Shown here one piece after another: positions 1 through 13,005 of a stretch of DNA of 64,000 bases. The notes beneath the pieces were generated by a model that saw only the letters and a list, made by a program, of their open reading frames with translations, did not search any database and was not told the DNA's origin. The first letter of the stretch is position 1, and every line of letters starts with the position of its first letter. Origin of the DNA: Lama glama (lineage: Eukaryota); the NCBI GenBank assembly GCA_028534125.1, contig CM052817.1, positions 25,050,001-25,114,000 on the forward strand, written 5' to 3'. The position numbers and the translations under genes were made by a program.

Positions 1-1268
1 CTCACCCTCCTGGCGGGGCGCCCAGTGCTGCCCAGCATCCTGCCTTGTGGCTATGCCTCCGTCTAGTCATGGCCACATGAAAGGCCGTGGGGAACACTGA
101 GCAGCGAGCTGGAGACCCTGTTCAGGCTCCACGTCACCCTCCACTGTGTCAGCTGCTCCTCTCCTGGTAATCCTGCAGACAGTGCTTCCCCGGGGAGGCT
201 GCCCAGCCTCCCCCAAGATAGGAGAGGTTAGCTAGAATAACCCTTGAATGGGTCCAGAAATGTAGGGACACCATTAAATCAGAGAGCAGACTTAGAAAGT
301 GCTCCTAATCAGCCCCACATCAATTACGTATCTTTTTAATGTGTTCTCTAGGTAAAGTGGTGGCTTAGTTTACAAACCCTGCAGAGGTCTGATGGGTCTT
401 TTGGTGACCAGAAGTAGCCATTTTTGGTGGCCTTCTAGAGACTTGCTGTCAGTGGCACTGAAGTGGGATTGGGCACGCCAAGGCTGCAGTGAGACAGAGC
501 ACGTATCCAAAAACACATCTGGGTCAAGAATCCAGCGTGGCTGCTGTTGTATTGGTTTTTGCTTCCACTTAACGTATTTTAACCAAAGGTATAAAACCTG
601 CCTGGTGTCTGGAAGAACAGGAGCTATAATCCAAGTATTATAAAAGGGAATCTTTCCTTGCTGTTTTAGAATCCTTAAAAGGTGAGAAGAGCCGGCAAAT
701 TGAAGGATCAGCTGAGAATATTTAAGGTGACCGACTACGGAAGGGCGGAGGAGAGCGCCTCCCTCCTCCGTCCCTGCCTGCTCGTTTGCCATGAGGAGCG
801 GGGTGCCGTGTGCTTTGAGTAGTAGATGGTGCTGTTCATTATGAGCAGATGAGTGCTGGTGGCAAGCACCGCTTTCTGTTTCATCTTTGGCTTGAAGTCC
901 TGGGTGAAAAACTAAGAAGCATTAATGGCAAAAGAGAGAAAAGTACCTAGCACTTACCATGCAGCAGTCTTGTTATGGGACACACCTGTCTGTCCAGTTG
1001 GGACCTTGCCTTATGGGAGTCAGTTAAAAATCATGGCTCAAGAGTCTAATTAAAGTTTTTGTGCCAGAAGCTACACAGCTGATTCCACAGGGTCTGCCAT
1101 TGCCTCTGATATCAAGAACCCATCATGATATCAAATTTATTTGATCATTCTAAAAATCTTCTCTAACCTTGAAGTTATATAACTAAACACAGGTGGTGAA
1201 AGAGTAAAGTAGGGTGACCTCGCTTGTTTTCTGAGAGGCCTAACCTCTCCCTACGTCTTTCCAGCCAG

Positions 1269-1449
1269 TCAGGGGTGTGCTGGCAAATACTTACCAACCA
1301 GCTCAACCCCTCAAAAGAAGCTGATGCCAATTTTTGCAGATTTCCATGGTGTAAATACTCTCACTTTGGCTGAACTGAAGCTACCAATATGATGTGGAGT
1401 TGAGCAGAGATGTGAACAGGCCAGTAGGAGCCAGTTTCAGCAGCCACTT
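1269..1449 (-). mobile_element. MER63-like hAT MITE
   Basis: cagg ggtgtgctggcaaa...ttccatggtgtaaatactc...gagccagtttcagcagccact resembles the recalled MER63A consensus. Confidence 0.65.
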
Positions 1450-2264
1450 GACTCAGCCAAGTGTTTCTGAAAAGTAACCTGCGTCTAGGGAAGCTCTGCC
1501 TTCCTCCTCCCCGGCTCCCCAGCCCCACATCACTCAGTGGTGACCCGCGGATCCTTCCTGAGCCCCTGGTGCATCCGGGCACTCTAGCAAGCACGTATTC
1601 TAGTGTGGGAGACAGACACTGAACAATTGATCACCAAACTATTTAATTAAAATTGTGAAGAGTCATACAAAGGGGATTTTTCCTTCAGTCCGAAATTCTG
1701 CTCAGAGCTAAATGCAGCCATAGAAGATCGAGAGGTCTGTGCTCTCAGTCAGGAAGGAGCCTTGGAGTTCCTGTGGTTGTAGGATTACTCTTCCTTCTGC
1801 AAATGAGGAAATCAAGATCCAGGGAGTTTCAGGATTACAATCATTGCTCATTTGCCAGCACCATTCCCTGCAGAAATCTCCAGGGTCTTTGTGAAAGAAG
1901 CAAAGGAAAGAGACTTGTTAGTCAGCTGTAGAGCGCCACTGCAGACTGAACACCTTGCGGGTGGGCCCGTTTGTGAGCAGTGAGGTGCACGGGGCTGATC
2001 GCCTTCATACGTGTGCACCGCCTGAGACTCACCTGCTGCAGGTGAGCTATGTGTGTACACTCTTCAGAGGACATGATTTTTTCCTTTTCCAGTGCTGGCC
2101 CAGTGCCTTCTAAATTAGGGCTGCAGTACTTAACAATGGATTGTATGAATGCGATCATCCATGAATATTTTAAATCTGGTCCATCTCCTGCCCATGAGGC
2201 CTGCCTCCTCCCTTCGCCTGGTGTGTACCCAGGAGTGCGGGTGGACTGTGTGGTGTTCACCTAG

Positions 2265-2768
2265 GACGACGTTTCCCAGACTCTGGACCTCAGGACTCCT
2301 TCCACCCTTAAAAGTACTGAGACGCCCAAAGAGCTTTGTTGATGTGGATAATTTCTATCAATATTTCCCATGTTAGAAATGAAAACTAAGAAAGTTTTAG
2401 TTTCTACTATTAAATAGTCTATTCCTATAAATACTTGTGTATTTCTTTTAAAGTAACTATAATAAACTCATGCATATCAACACATCACTATGAAAAATTT
2501 ATTTTCCCAAATTAAAAAAAAGTGAGAAGAGTGGCATTGTTTTACATGTTTACAAATCTCTTTAATGTCTGGCTTAATAGGATCGGCTGAATGTTCATAT
2601 CTGCTTCTGCATTCAATCTGTTGGGATTATGTTGTTTGAAAAATATGAGGTAAAGCTGACCTCACATAGATACAGTTGGAAAAGGGCGGGAGGACTTCAT
2701 GGACCCCTGAACGGGTCTCAGAGACCCCCCGCAGGTCCTTAGGCTGACCAGCATTGAAAACCAGTGAC
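2265..2768 (-). mobile_element. Charlie1/MER119-like hAT DNA transposon
   Basis: agtgagaagagtggcattgttttaca...tttaatgtctggcttaatag...atatctgcttctgcattcaatctgttg is the reverse of the Charlie1 3' region. Confidence 0.75.
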
Positions 2769-4101
2769 AGGGAGAATGTAACACAGGAAGACAGTGTCTC
2801 CCCCAGATAGAACTGAGTGTAAGACAGCCTGCATTTCAACATCAGACGGGCGGTCATTGCTCTTCTCCCCTCAGGAGCTGACGGCGTGACTGTTCCCCAG
2901 CCTGGGAGGGGCGCCGGGGCCTGTCTTACTGTCTCTGCATTTGAAGATCTCATAGAACACACGGGAACATCTGTTTTCGCTTGGTCAGGCTGGTGCAGGC
3001 AGCTTTTTTGCATAAAGAAAATCAGTGCTGGTTCCGAGACTCTGCGACAGGGAAGACTTGGCTGGTTTGGATAATAACTAAAGATGGGGAAGTCTGGGGC
3101 CCACAGACGTCCCAGTCCATCTGGGCGGTGACAGTGTTCGATACTGTTGTTATTTGGAATTCATACCCACTTTCAGTTCCACGTGTTCATCAGAGCCAGA
3201 CTTCGTGGGAGTCGGGTGCGGGGCCGAGCTTTCTGTCGCCTCTCAGCGCCTGTTAGAAGTGAGATTTCCAGGCTCGGGTGGAACGTGCTAGTCAGTAGAG
3301 CAGTGGTTCTTCAGGACTGCTCCTCTGCCTTGGTACGTGTGCCCTTCATTTCCTGTCTTGGCCGGGAGCTGTGTTGAGTGTGTTTTGCACGGCGCACCCG
3401 AGGACCTGCCCCGACGCCGCTCACCGCACCGTTTGTGCCAGGCCCTGTGCGTGTGCTCCCGGCTCCACAAAGTGCGCGTTCTGCCCTTCGTGAAGAAGAG
3501 GAAACCGAGGTTCACAGAGGCCAGATGGTCCCTCCCGGGGTGTGCGTGCCCTGTGCACTTGACCACGCTGCCTCGGGGACAGATCCTCATAGGAAGATTT
3601 TCTCCCTTCATCAGAACTCATGTGTCAGATGCTTTAAGTAAGATGTTAAGCTAAGTTCTAAAAAACCTGTTTTGTTTTTTTTCCCCTCAACTATTAAAAA
3701 TGGGGGAGTGTAATGCCTGCCGTTGAGGTTGTGGGTGAAGTGGGTCAGGGCCTGGGGAACTTAGCTCAGTCCCGGCCCCTGTGTGCGCTCGCCCCGCACC
3801 CACGTGGCTTCTCCTTCCTTCTCATCAAGTGTCTGACGGCTCGGGAAACTAGTGCTAAAGGGCAGCCTGACCGTCCCTCCCTCATGCCCCTTAGCTTTCT
3901 GTGTACTGCATTAATCCCTTCTGTCCAGTTAGGTGCCCCGCTGTCCCTTTCCTGAGAGTGAGTCCTCCAGGCACAAAGCTGAACAGCACTTGCTGAACCT
4001 GATTCAAGCTGTACGTTTCGAAATGGAAAAGATGCTTTTCCTTAAAAATAGTCTATTATTTATGCTCTCACCTAATTTGTAAGTTTTAATACAAGTTAAT
4101 A

Positions 4102-4460
4102 CAGGTCTATAATCTTTTGTCTGCCTTTTCTCAACTCCAAAAGCTATGAATATGAAAACCAAAGTTTTCTGTAACTTAATTTTGGCAAAATGTACCAAGT
4201 CCTGAACTATATTTTGGAGGCAGAATTTGACTGGAAGTGCCATGAGGCTGTTTACAGACTTTGCTGTTCTCGCCAGGGTGGCTCTTCTTGTGTTTTGCTG
4301 CAAAATTCTAAGTGTGTTTGATTATAGATTGCTGCCCTGATCCTTCTAGGGGTTACGTAATATGCAACAAATACACTGTTACCTTTCTAAAATTCACAAA
4401 TTCTGAATTGTGAAATGCATTTCCCCAAGGGTTTTGGTCACAAGATTGCAGAACTACTGT
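4102..4460. mobile_element. TcMar-Tigger-type MITE
   Basis: TA-flanked, with degenerate terminal inverted repeats (caggtctataatctt ... aagattgcagaactactg). Confidence 0.55.
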
Positions 4461-5249
4461 AATCTGGTCACATTTATGAAATTTCCCAAACTTTATAGGT
4501 CCAGGCATACGTTTGCTGACTCTTTGCCCTCTGTCCCAAATCTTCTCTTTCTGGTCAATTCCTATTTTGGATTAACCACCTAGTTTTCCTTACCAGAAAC
4601 TCCAGAGTCAGTCTGCCCTCCCCTCTCTCCTTGTCCTCAGCCTGTCTTGGGAGCAAATCCGGAACCCAGCCCTCGCCCCTGCACCACCAGTGCCCTCCCA
4701 GTTGAGGACCTGGTCTCTGGTGCCAGCTTCCTGACTCACATCCTCACATGCCCTGGACTCTGCCCACCCTGGGTTGTCTCGCAGGCTGCCTCCTGAGTTT
4801 TCCTTAGAGAGAAACCTCACGTCGCTGGCTCCGCGGCCTTGGCTCCCAGGGCTCAGCTCAGCATTAGTGCCCTCGGCTTACAGGCTCCACTTCTTTCTTG
4901 TCCTTTCTCCTGATGGCCAGCCCCAGGCCTGTGGGCCATGGTGCTTGCTGCCCAGTATCCTTTTCCCTCCCCGCCTTGTTCGCGCCTCCTCTTCTCTGCT
5001 TGCTTTAGGTGGAAGTTCACTTCCTCCCAGCAGCCTTCCCAGACCCTGGCCAGCCCCACCATCGCCATGCCCTCCAGCCCTCTGCTCTGGAGTGCTCGTC
5101 ACCCCACGGGATGGAAGAGAACCACAGGAACACCAGCGGTCTGAAATGGTCTCTCCCACCCACAGAGCCCCCTGAGAGCAGGGCCACGTCCCTCTTGTTC
5201 TCTTCCCCCTTGCATTTAATCCTCACAGGGGCCCCAGAAAGTACAGTCA

Positions 5250-5320
5250 TAGTCCCATTTCCAGGTGAGAAGGAGAGGCTCAGAGGAGTTAACTAAGTGC
5301 CCAAGGTCACACAGCAAGGA
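5250..5320 (-). mobile_element. MIR fragment
   Basis: cccatttccaggtgagaaggagaggctcagagg...aagtgcccaaggtcacacagc is the MIR core. Confidence 0.75.
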
Positions 5321-5584
5321 TGTTGATGGGGAAATACAGGGAAGAGTGCCTGGTATGAAGTGTTGCATGGGAGGTGAGTGAGCAGTGAAGGAGGAGGAGC
5401 CGGGGAGGAGCCGGGTCTCACCTGGGGGAGGCTTTGCTGCGAAGGTAGAAGACTTAGACTCTGTTAAGAAGAGAGGGCAGGACCTTGGCTCTTTGACAAG
5501 TTTGTGCTCTGAGCTAGGGGCACTGTGAGTGAGTGAGAGCTGTCTTCCCCAGTTCCTATACCTCTTTGACATCAGTGTGAGAGC

Positions 5585-5710
5585 TTAGTCCCAGGCATTC
5601 AGGACCCAGGTCAGATCCTGGGTTTGCCACTTGGTAGCTGGGTGACTTTACCAAAGGGCTAACCCCTTCTCCTCCCATTTTTCTCGTGAATAAAATGAGG
5701 GTAACGTTAC
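5585..5710 (+). mobile_element. MIR fragment
   Basis: atcctgggtttgccacttggtagctgggtgact...taaaatgaggg. Confidence 0.6.
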
Positions 5711-6885
5711 TGCCTGTGTAGTGACACCTAAAAATGCTCCTGGAGTATTACTAGTGTGACATGTGGCCTTGTGAGATAAATCTATCCTCACGCAGGTGCT
5801 TGGTTGGCGTTTTGAAGTTCCCACGTCAGGGACCCACTGTCCAGAGGTGGTTGCTTATGTACTTCAGGTGCAATTGAAATGTACACTCTAGGGTTTGCTC
5901 TTAGCATAAGAGATGCTTCTTAGAACTTTTTATTGGTGAAACAGGGTAAAGTTCGAGACCTGTCGTTGGTCAGAGAGGGTCTGGGCCCTGCTGCCAGCGA
6001 CTCAGGAGTAGAGCTTGAGGCCAGCGCCATCAGGGCCGAGTCCCTGTGCTCCGTGGAGCATCCCGTATGGCCTGTCTCTGCCATCACACTGCCACAGAGC
6101 CCTTCTCCAACCCAACCTTTTCCAAGAGGTGCTTGTTGGAGTCCTGAAGACAGAGCACGTGAAGTTCTTGTGTGGCTCCTTTCTCGTGCTGGCTTGCTAA
6201 TAAAGGCGGTGTGTTTGGCAGAGTGTGGCCTTGGATGTGCTTCCACGTAACATATCGCTGGGAGGCCAAGCTGCGGGAAAGGTGGCTGTAGCTACCCCGG
6301 GAGGCTACCTAGGGGGCTTGCAGAGTGGGCCTCTTGCAAGATAAAAATACAGAACAGCCTATTCCAAGATTAAGAGTTTTAAGACGGTGACAGCAGAGCA
6401 TTAAACCCAGCACAAGACCTTGCTAAGCACGGAGCCCGTGTGACTGCCCAGGACACAGGCTCGGGCAGGCGTTGCCCTCAAACCTGACAGCTGTTGAGGG
6501 ACCAGATTGGCATGGGTCACTCCGCAGCCTGCCAGGCTTGTCCTCCTAGGAGCCCTGCAGGGGTTAAAGGAGAAATACCTGCTCATCAGGTGGGCTGGTT
6601 CTCAGGAGCTCTTGTTTCTGTGCAGGGCGGCATCTAACACGAGGGGCATCTGAGGAGCAGAAGTGCTGACACTGGCAGATGAAATTTAAAAATAGCTAAG
6701 CCTTTACTGGTGTTCCTCTGTGCCGCACGGCTCCTTTGTGCTCTGCCACCTGTTCCTGTTTGAGACCCAGAGAAAGTGGGGGAGGCGCGCACGCCAGGGC
6801 GGGGCAGAGCTGGGGCTGGGAAAGGAGTGAAGGGCTGTCTCCAGAGTTCTGCCCGCATCCTTTGAGAACCTGAGGAGAGCGTGCC

Positions 6886-7180
6886 CTGTGCTGTCCAGCA
6901 CTGCGGCCACATGTGGCTCTTGAAACACGTGGTGGAATGAGGCTGGTCGGAACTGAGAAGTGTGCCAGTACCAAGAACACACTGGATTTCATAGGCCCAG
7001 TAGGAAAAGAATGCCAAATGTCTTGTTAATAATATGTATATTGATCACACTCTGAAATAAGAGTATTGTGTGTGTTGGGTCAAACTATAAAGTTAATTTC
7101 AACTGTTACTTTTTAATGCATTCACTGGAGAATGTTACATTATGTGCGAGGCTGGCGTCAGAGCTCGGTTATATATGCTG
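6886..7180 (-). mobile_element. MER33 (hAT-Charlie)
   Basis: ctgtgctgtccagca...gccacatgtggct...ttaataatatgtatattgatcaca matches reverse MER33; similar to the copy at 39.5 kb. Confidence 0.7.
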
Positions 7181-8404
7181 CTGTGGATGAGGGAAGCGCA
7201 CGGGCACAGCCACACCCTCTCACACTCGCACGTGCGCACACTCAGCTCTGCTCGCGCCTGGAGGGGCTCGGACCAGAGGCTGCCCACCCCCAGCCTGGAG
7301 TAGAGCATGATGGTGGGAGGGTAGGTGAGGAGGTGAGTGTGCGGAGCCGCACTAGGGAGCTCTTGATTGCTTTCCATCCAGTAGTGGGGTGATGCGTCCA
7401 GGGTGTGTTCAGGGAAGACTTGCTGGCGGGAGAGGTAGAGCAGTGGGAGAGAAGAACACAGGACAAGAAATCAGGAAAGTCGTTCTTTGGCGGTTGCTGC
7501 CCTAAATCAAGTTCAGAACAAAACTGATTTGGTTTAATGCTTTCTCAGGGGGCTGGGGAATAACACATGACCGTATCCTCCTCCCTTTGCTGTGACTGAG
7601 TAATTAAGGTGAACATTTACCTTGTGGCCTCTATGTACCTTCTGCCTTTGCTGATCCGGGCGAAGCTGTAATTCTCCCCTGGGTCCAGGTGTGGCCCCCG
7701 CTGAGCATTTTTTAATCAGGCACTTCCCTGCTCCCTGGAGACACACTTTCCCGTCTGTCACATTCCAGGAGGAGAAGAGAGGTGGGATTTGACAGGTATC
7801 AACCACAAAAGCCTCCTGGACAGAAGTCTTTATAAACCTTCCGAATGCCAGGTTTTTGTGAGAATCAGGATGTTAAGAGCTTTTTATTTTAACCTCTTTC
7901 TGGGAGATAACTGTCTTGTATAAAAGAAAACAATTGCTGCTCCTCAGTCTTTCAAAGCACTGCCTGTAGTTTAAAAGAACAGAAATGTCGGATTGCAGGC
8001 AAACCAGATGGCCTGGGAAGAGCTGATCAGGGCGTGTCCACGGCAAGGCGATGGTGCTGGCGGCTCAGGGGTGAAGAACCACAGCGTCAGCTCCTCCTGA
8101 CAGTAGATGCATGTTTACAGGATGGACAGTTTTCTTTGGGTTTTACATTGAAATCCAGGTTATCTGCAGGCTCACAGGAGGTTCTCATTTCTTTCACCTG
8201 AAAGCATGAATAATTGCTGATTTTAATTGCAAGCATTATTCCAAGAACAACCACCTGACCTTGTTTAAAGTGCTGATTTAGGACATGATCCAACTTGAAA
8301 AGATCTGTTGCTTTAACCTGAAGCATGTCCAATTTCTGGTTCAATAAGCTTTCTTTCTTCTTCTTCTTTTTTTTAATCACAGCTAATGTGTATTGTTTTC
8401 ACAG

Positions 8405-8649
8405 GGAGAACTTTTCCAACCCATCCGTACTTCTCCGCCCAGCTGGGTGCGGGGCAGCTGTCACTCTACAACATTTTGAAGGCCTACTCGCTTCTAGACC
8501 AGGAAGTCGGCTACTGCCAAGGTCTCAGCTTTGTGGCAGGCATCTTGCTGCTTCATATGGGCGAAGAAGAAGCGTTTAACATGCTCAAGTTCCTGATGTT
8601 TGACATGGGACTGCGGAAGCAGTATCGGCCGGACATGATTATTTTACAG
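8405..8649 (+). CDS. TBC1D1: TBC1D1 coding exon (Rab-GAP TBC domain: [10 protein letters not shown]...GYCQGLSF...DMIILQ)
   Basis: Acceptor ttttcacag|GG and donor CAG|gtagag; 245 nt, phase 1 to 0. Contains the TBC Gln-finger YCQG motif, and the peptide matches recalled TBC1D1. Confidence 0.97.
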
Positions 8650-10030
8650 GTAGAGAGTGTTCTTACTGCCTTTGATAAATGCTAAAAATGTTTCTGATCC
8701 TTTCCGGGTCTGTCTGAGGAGCTTTCCCACCAGTAGTTAACACCGTGACATGTCACTGCTGAGAACTTACTCTGTGCTTTGCATTACACCACGTGTTTCA
8801 TATGCGCCCACGTCCTCAGAAAGACACTGCTGATCGGCTCAATTTATAGACAGGAAAGCTGAGGTTCAGAGAGATTACTGCCGCCTTTCAGGTTTGGGGA
8901 GAAGTCTGGATCCTGCTTCAAGAATATCCCTGAGTGTTGGAACTTGTGTATATGTGTTTGCTTACCAGCAAGATACTCTGATTTCAGAGTCTCAGGCAGT
9001 GTCCTTGGAAAGCATACGTTAGGGTCGAGGACTTTTCCAGAGCACTGAACAGCGTGGCTAGAAATCCTTTCCCTCCACCTGTGCATATGCGCCATGTGAA
9101 CATTAGTCTCAGAGGAGGGAACCGTTCCGTTGACTAGATTTTGGCCCACGTCACACTTTCCGCACAGACTGTCCGGTTCTTCCTGCCTTCTCCCATCAGC
9201 ACACTTTCTGTAGGCACCCCTGCCCTCTTCTGAGCAGAGTTTTCCAGTTTGTTTAATTTAGAATATAACAGTCTGTGGGCCGGGCCTGGTGGTTGGATTC
9301 GTTTTGATACGAAAGAGCCACGGCTGGTTCTTGAGAGAACCGTGTTGTCTGGCCCCCTGGAAACAGGTTTTTCCAGTGTGGGCAGTGCACAGCCAGCCTG
9401 CAGCATCTCGGTGGGGCTCTGCCCTCTCTGGGTTACTGTTTCTCTGGGCTCAACCGTGGCACTGCTCAAATTGGGGCCTGGCCCTGGGACCCTCCTGGGC
9501 AGGAAGCCGGAGCCCCATGAGCTGAAGTTCAGCCCAGTTGGAAAAGTTATTTTCTCCATCTTGAGTTAACACTTGTCTTCCTACTTTAACTTTCCTGTGT
9601 TGTAAACCTGAAGTCACACTTGTTCTGCCTCTTGAATGACTTGGGGGAGTTAGAGGAACTTGCCAAGGGAACAGGTGTAGGGTAGCGTCCTTCCACAGAG
9701 TCTATTCTCAGTTCCCCTGGCTTTGCGTTGTGCTAAGAATGTGTATTTGTAAGAGAATTTATGACATGTTTCCACAAGACAGATATGTAGATTCTCTTAG
9801 CTCAGAAACACAAGGAAACAGTAAAAAGAAAGGAAGTGGCAGGGAGAGCCCCGTCGTGAGTGTCCTGGGCCCATCCAGGCCCTGCCCCACGGCAGCAGCC
9901 CCAGCCAGCACGCGCTGGATAAAGGAGAGATGAGGGACCTCCCCTGAATGTTCTGATGGTCCTTCTCTTCCACCCTGGGAGAGGGGGTAACTGCTCTCTC
10001 CCCATGACCCCTGCATGCCTGTCCCTGCAG

Positions 10031-10190
10031 ATCCAGATGTACCAGCTCTCCAGGCTCCTCCACGATTACCACCGAGACCTCTACAACCACCTGGAGGAGC
10101 ACGAGATCGGCCCCAGCCTGTACGCCGCGCCCTGGTTCCTCACTGTGTTTGCCTCCCAGTTCCCGCTGGGATTCGTGGCCAGAGTCTTCG
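10031..10190 (+). CDS. TBC1D1: TBC1D1 coding exon ([18 protein letters not shown]...FVARVF)
   Basis: Acceptor ccctgcag|ATC and donor TCG|gtgagt; 160 nt, phase 0 to 1, in frame with its neighbours. Confidence 0.97.
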
Positions 10191-12967
10191 GTGAGTGTGT
10201 GTAAGTCTGTCTGCCAGAACCAGTGCTCTCGTGTTAGGTGAGACCAGTGTTGTCACTCCGTGGTCTCTTCTTTTATGCCTGTGTCTTCTGCAAGAAAGGG
10301 TGCTGTTCGTCATTCTCAGTTTAGGGGAGATGATGAGGTTTTGTGAGTTCCAGGACCTGTTTGACTTCTGATGATCAGCAGGCCCCTTAGCTGCCTTCTT
10401 GTGGGACTTAGATCCGTTGCAGCCCCACCAGGCAGACAGCGTGAAGGCTTGGCTGAGGGGCCTGACGCGCCGTCCGGCGATGGTTCTCCTGAGTCGTTTT
10501 CCTCGACCTCTTTGGCCTGGCACTTGCACGACTTCTCAAGCGGTGACTCCTGGGCCACCGTTCCTTCCCAGTTCCCTCTGCATCCCTCCTCCTCTCCCCA
10601 CTGCCCTGGGCTCACCTTCCTCTCCTCTGCCAGCTCTCACCCATCCCCACCTTGTCTTCCCACTCTGCCCCCGGAACCCTGGGGTGGGACACATTTCAAA
10701 CCATCTCCCCTTCTACTGATTTACTTTTAAAGAAGATTGTCTCTGTCAAAGTTAAATAAGGGTTCACATGCAAAGTCTCAAAACTGCCTTGCAATTGTAC
10801 CTCAGTTTAAAAAATTAAAAATTTTACAGTTTAGAAACCCGCCTCGACACGGTGACATGGCAGGGATACAAGGAGCCAAGTGACACCGGGAGCACAGTCA
10901 GTTCTTGTGCAGTGAGAGTTCCCTGCTTCAGAATGAAATCATAATGCTGACAATTCAAGTTCCTTTTATTTTTTTTGGTGTGGAGGAGGTTATTAAATAA
11001 TTGGTAGTTACCACACATCAAGTGCTTTTAAAGTGCCATTTATGTTCAGTCACTTAATAGCTTAAAAACCTGTACTCTTAACACTTTTTTAGAGATGTTT
11101 TTAAAAGGAATGTTCACAGATGTCAAGAGAGTCATTTTAGGCAGTTTTGAGCAGACCACTCATCTGTCTGGATTCTATGAGTCCTGAAATTCGCTTTTTA
11201 ATTTAAGTGGGCACTGTCTTCTCTCCTCCTCTCTCCCCAGGGTACTAGATCCTTCCTGTCATTCAGTTCTGTCCACAAGAACTGTTAGAGCGTTCCCCAC
11301 GTGGCTGTCCTGGAAGAGTCTGTTCTTAAAATATTCACCACCCTCCTCCCACTTTTGCATAGCTCCCTCCCCAAATTGATGTTTATTTTTTGTCTTTAAA
11401 AAAAATAAACATTGAAAATGATCGATACTTAACACTCTTTTCCTGGTTAACCAAATCATTAGTGAGATTTTATGAATGTTTTATACCATAGTTTAAAAAA
11501 AATCCTCAAAATTCTCTGCTTAGTTTACTGAAAAAAAGAGTCACAGAGACTACAAGGTATCTAGCTGTAGGCTTCAGTCTTTCCTGCCAAGCATTTCTGT
11601 GTTTTTCGCTTGGTCTGGAGATTAAAAGCAGATAGGTGGTCTACCTTATTTACTTTTCTCTGGATTCTTCGCTGTAATTTTCAGAAGGGTAATGGAGAGG
11701 AGCGAAGATTGAAAGGGGAAGGGAGTCCTATTTATGGTTTGAAATCAGCTCAAGCATCGAGTTACACTGTGAAGAAAATTCTGCAAAGGGGGCTGAGCAG
11801 GAAGCGCCCAGAGGGTCAGCGCCGAGTTCCTGCTGCCCCGGCCCCGGGCAGGGAGGCCGCGCTGCAGAGTTCTGGGCAGCGGGCCCATAAACTCTGGGAA
11901 ACCAGTCTTTCCTCAGACTGCATAAGTGGCATTAACAACAAACAAACAAACGAACTGTGCTTTGGAAATGACAGCCCTCCTGTTGCAGAGTATTCGGGAC
12001 CCTCTGAAGCTCATCCTAATGACTTCATAAATAAAGCTGAAGCCACTAAAAGCGGGGTCCTTTTCTTTAGACTGTCAGGCAGCGGTGGGTCTTGGTGTTT
12101 CTTGTGCATAAAGATGCCAGTCTCTGTGTGATTGCTGCGTCCCACCGATCCCCGCTGTACTGAGTGGGTTCATGCCCGGCTGGCTGAGGGCTGAGGGCTC
12201 CTCAGATCGTAGGCAGGAGGTGGCAACCCAGGTCAGCACTGTGTTGCAATGTCGTTTTCCAGAAGCAGCTGGGGTTTTGCACAGTCCACTTCCTCTATCA
12301 GTACTTAAAAGCAAACCATTTTAATAGTAGTTTCCATAGAAAAGGTAGATTTAAAATTTTTTTTTTCTGTATTTAGCATCAGTGACCTTTAGCTCCATAG
12401 TGGTGGGTAGCTTCGTTTCAAATCCCAAAGCCTGCCATTCATACACTGTAGGCTTTTTTGGCTTGAGGCCTGTTTCATTATAAGGCCTTTATGCCTGGAT
12501 AAAAGCGAAAAACAAATGGACTTTTGTTAACTAGTCACTGTTTTGTATGTAAGTAGGGGATTCTCAGCTCGCAGTCGGCATAGCTCACGTATAGATGAAC
12601 AGCTTACCTCGAATTAAGTGTGTTCTACTTGGAGGGGCAGCTGCCAGGGGCGCACGTGCCTCAGCCCTCCTGTGGTGATTAGTCACAGCTCTCTCCATGT
12701 CAGTCCTTCTGTCCGGGTGTCAACATAAGGTAAAAGCACCTCTTCTTATGTTTTTCCAGTTCAGGTGTAGAGGACTCCCAGGAGAGATGCTTTCTCTGTT
12801 CACCTTCTAATGATGTCTACCTTTGGGGAAAAAGTCTGAGAAACAGGACCTAGTTTGCTTCTGGTGGAGGTAGAGGCTGTGTAGTATTGTTAGACTCCTG
12901 ATGTTTTCTGTAGGATGTGCTGCCAGGTAGGTGAGAGAGGAGGTGGGGTAGAAAAACTGAGGGTTTG

Positions 12968-13005
12968 GCACGCACACACACGCGCGCGCTCGCGCACGCA
13001 CATGC
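12968..13005. repeat. (CA)n/(CG)n alternating purine-pyrimidine tract
   Basis: gcacgcacacacacgcgcgcgctcgcgcacgcacatgc. Confidence 0.9.

Noticed and set aside
1..8404. An upstream TBC1D1 exon (ending ...HAILIDL) or another gene in the first 8.4 kb
   Set aside because: I found no matching peptide or convincing exon; treated as intron, with the previous exon outside the window.
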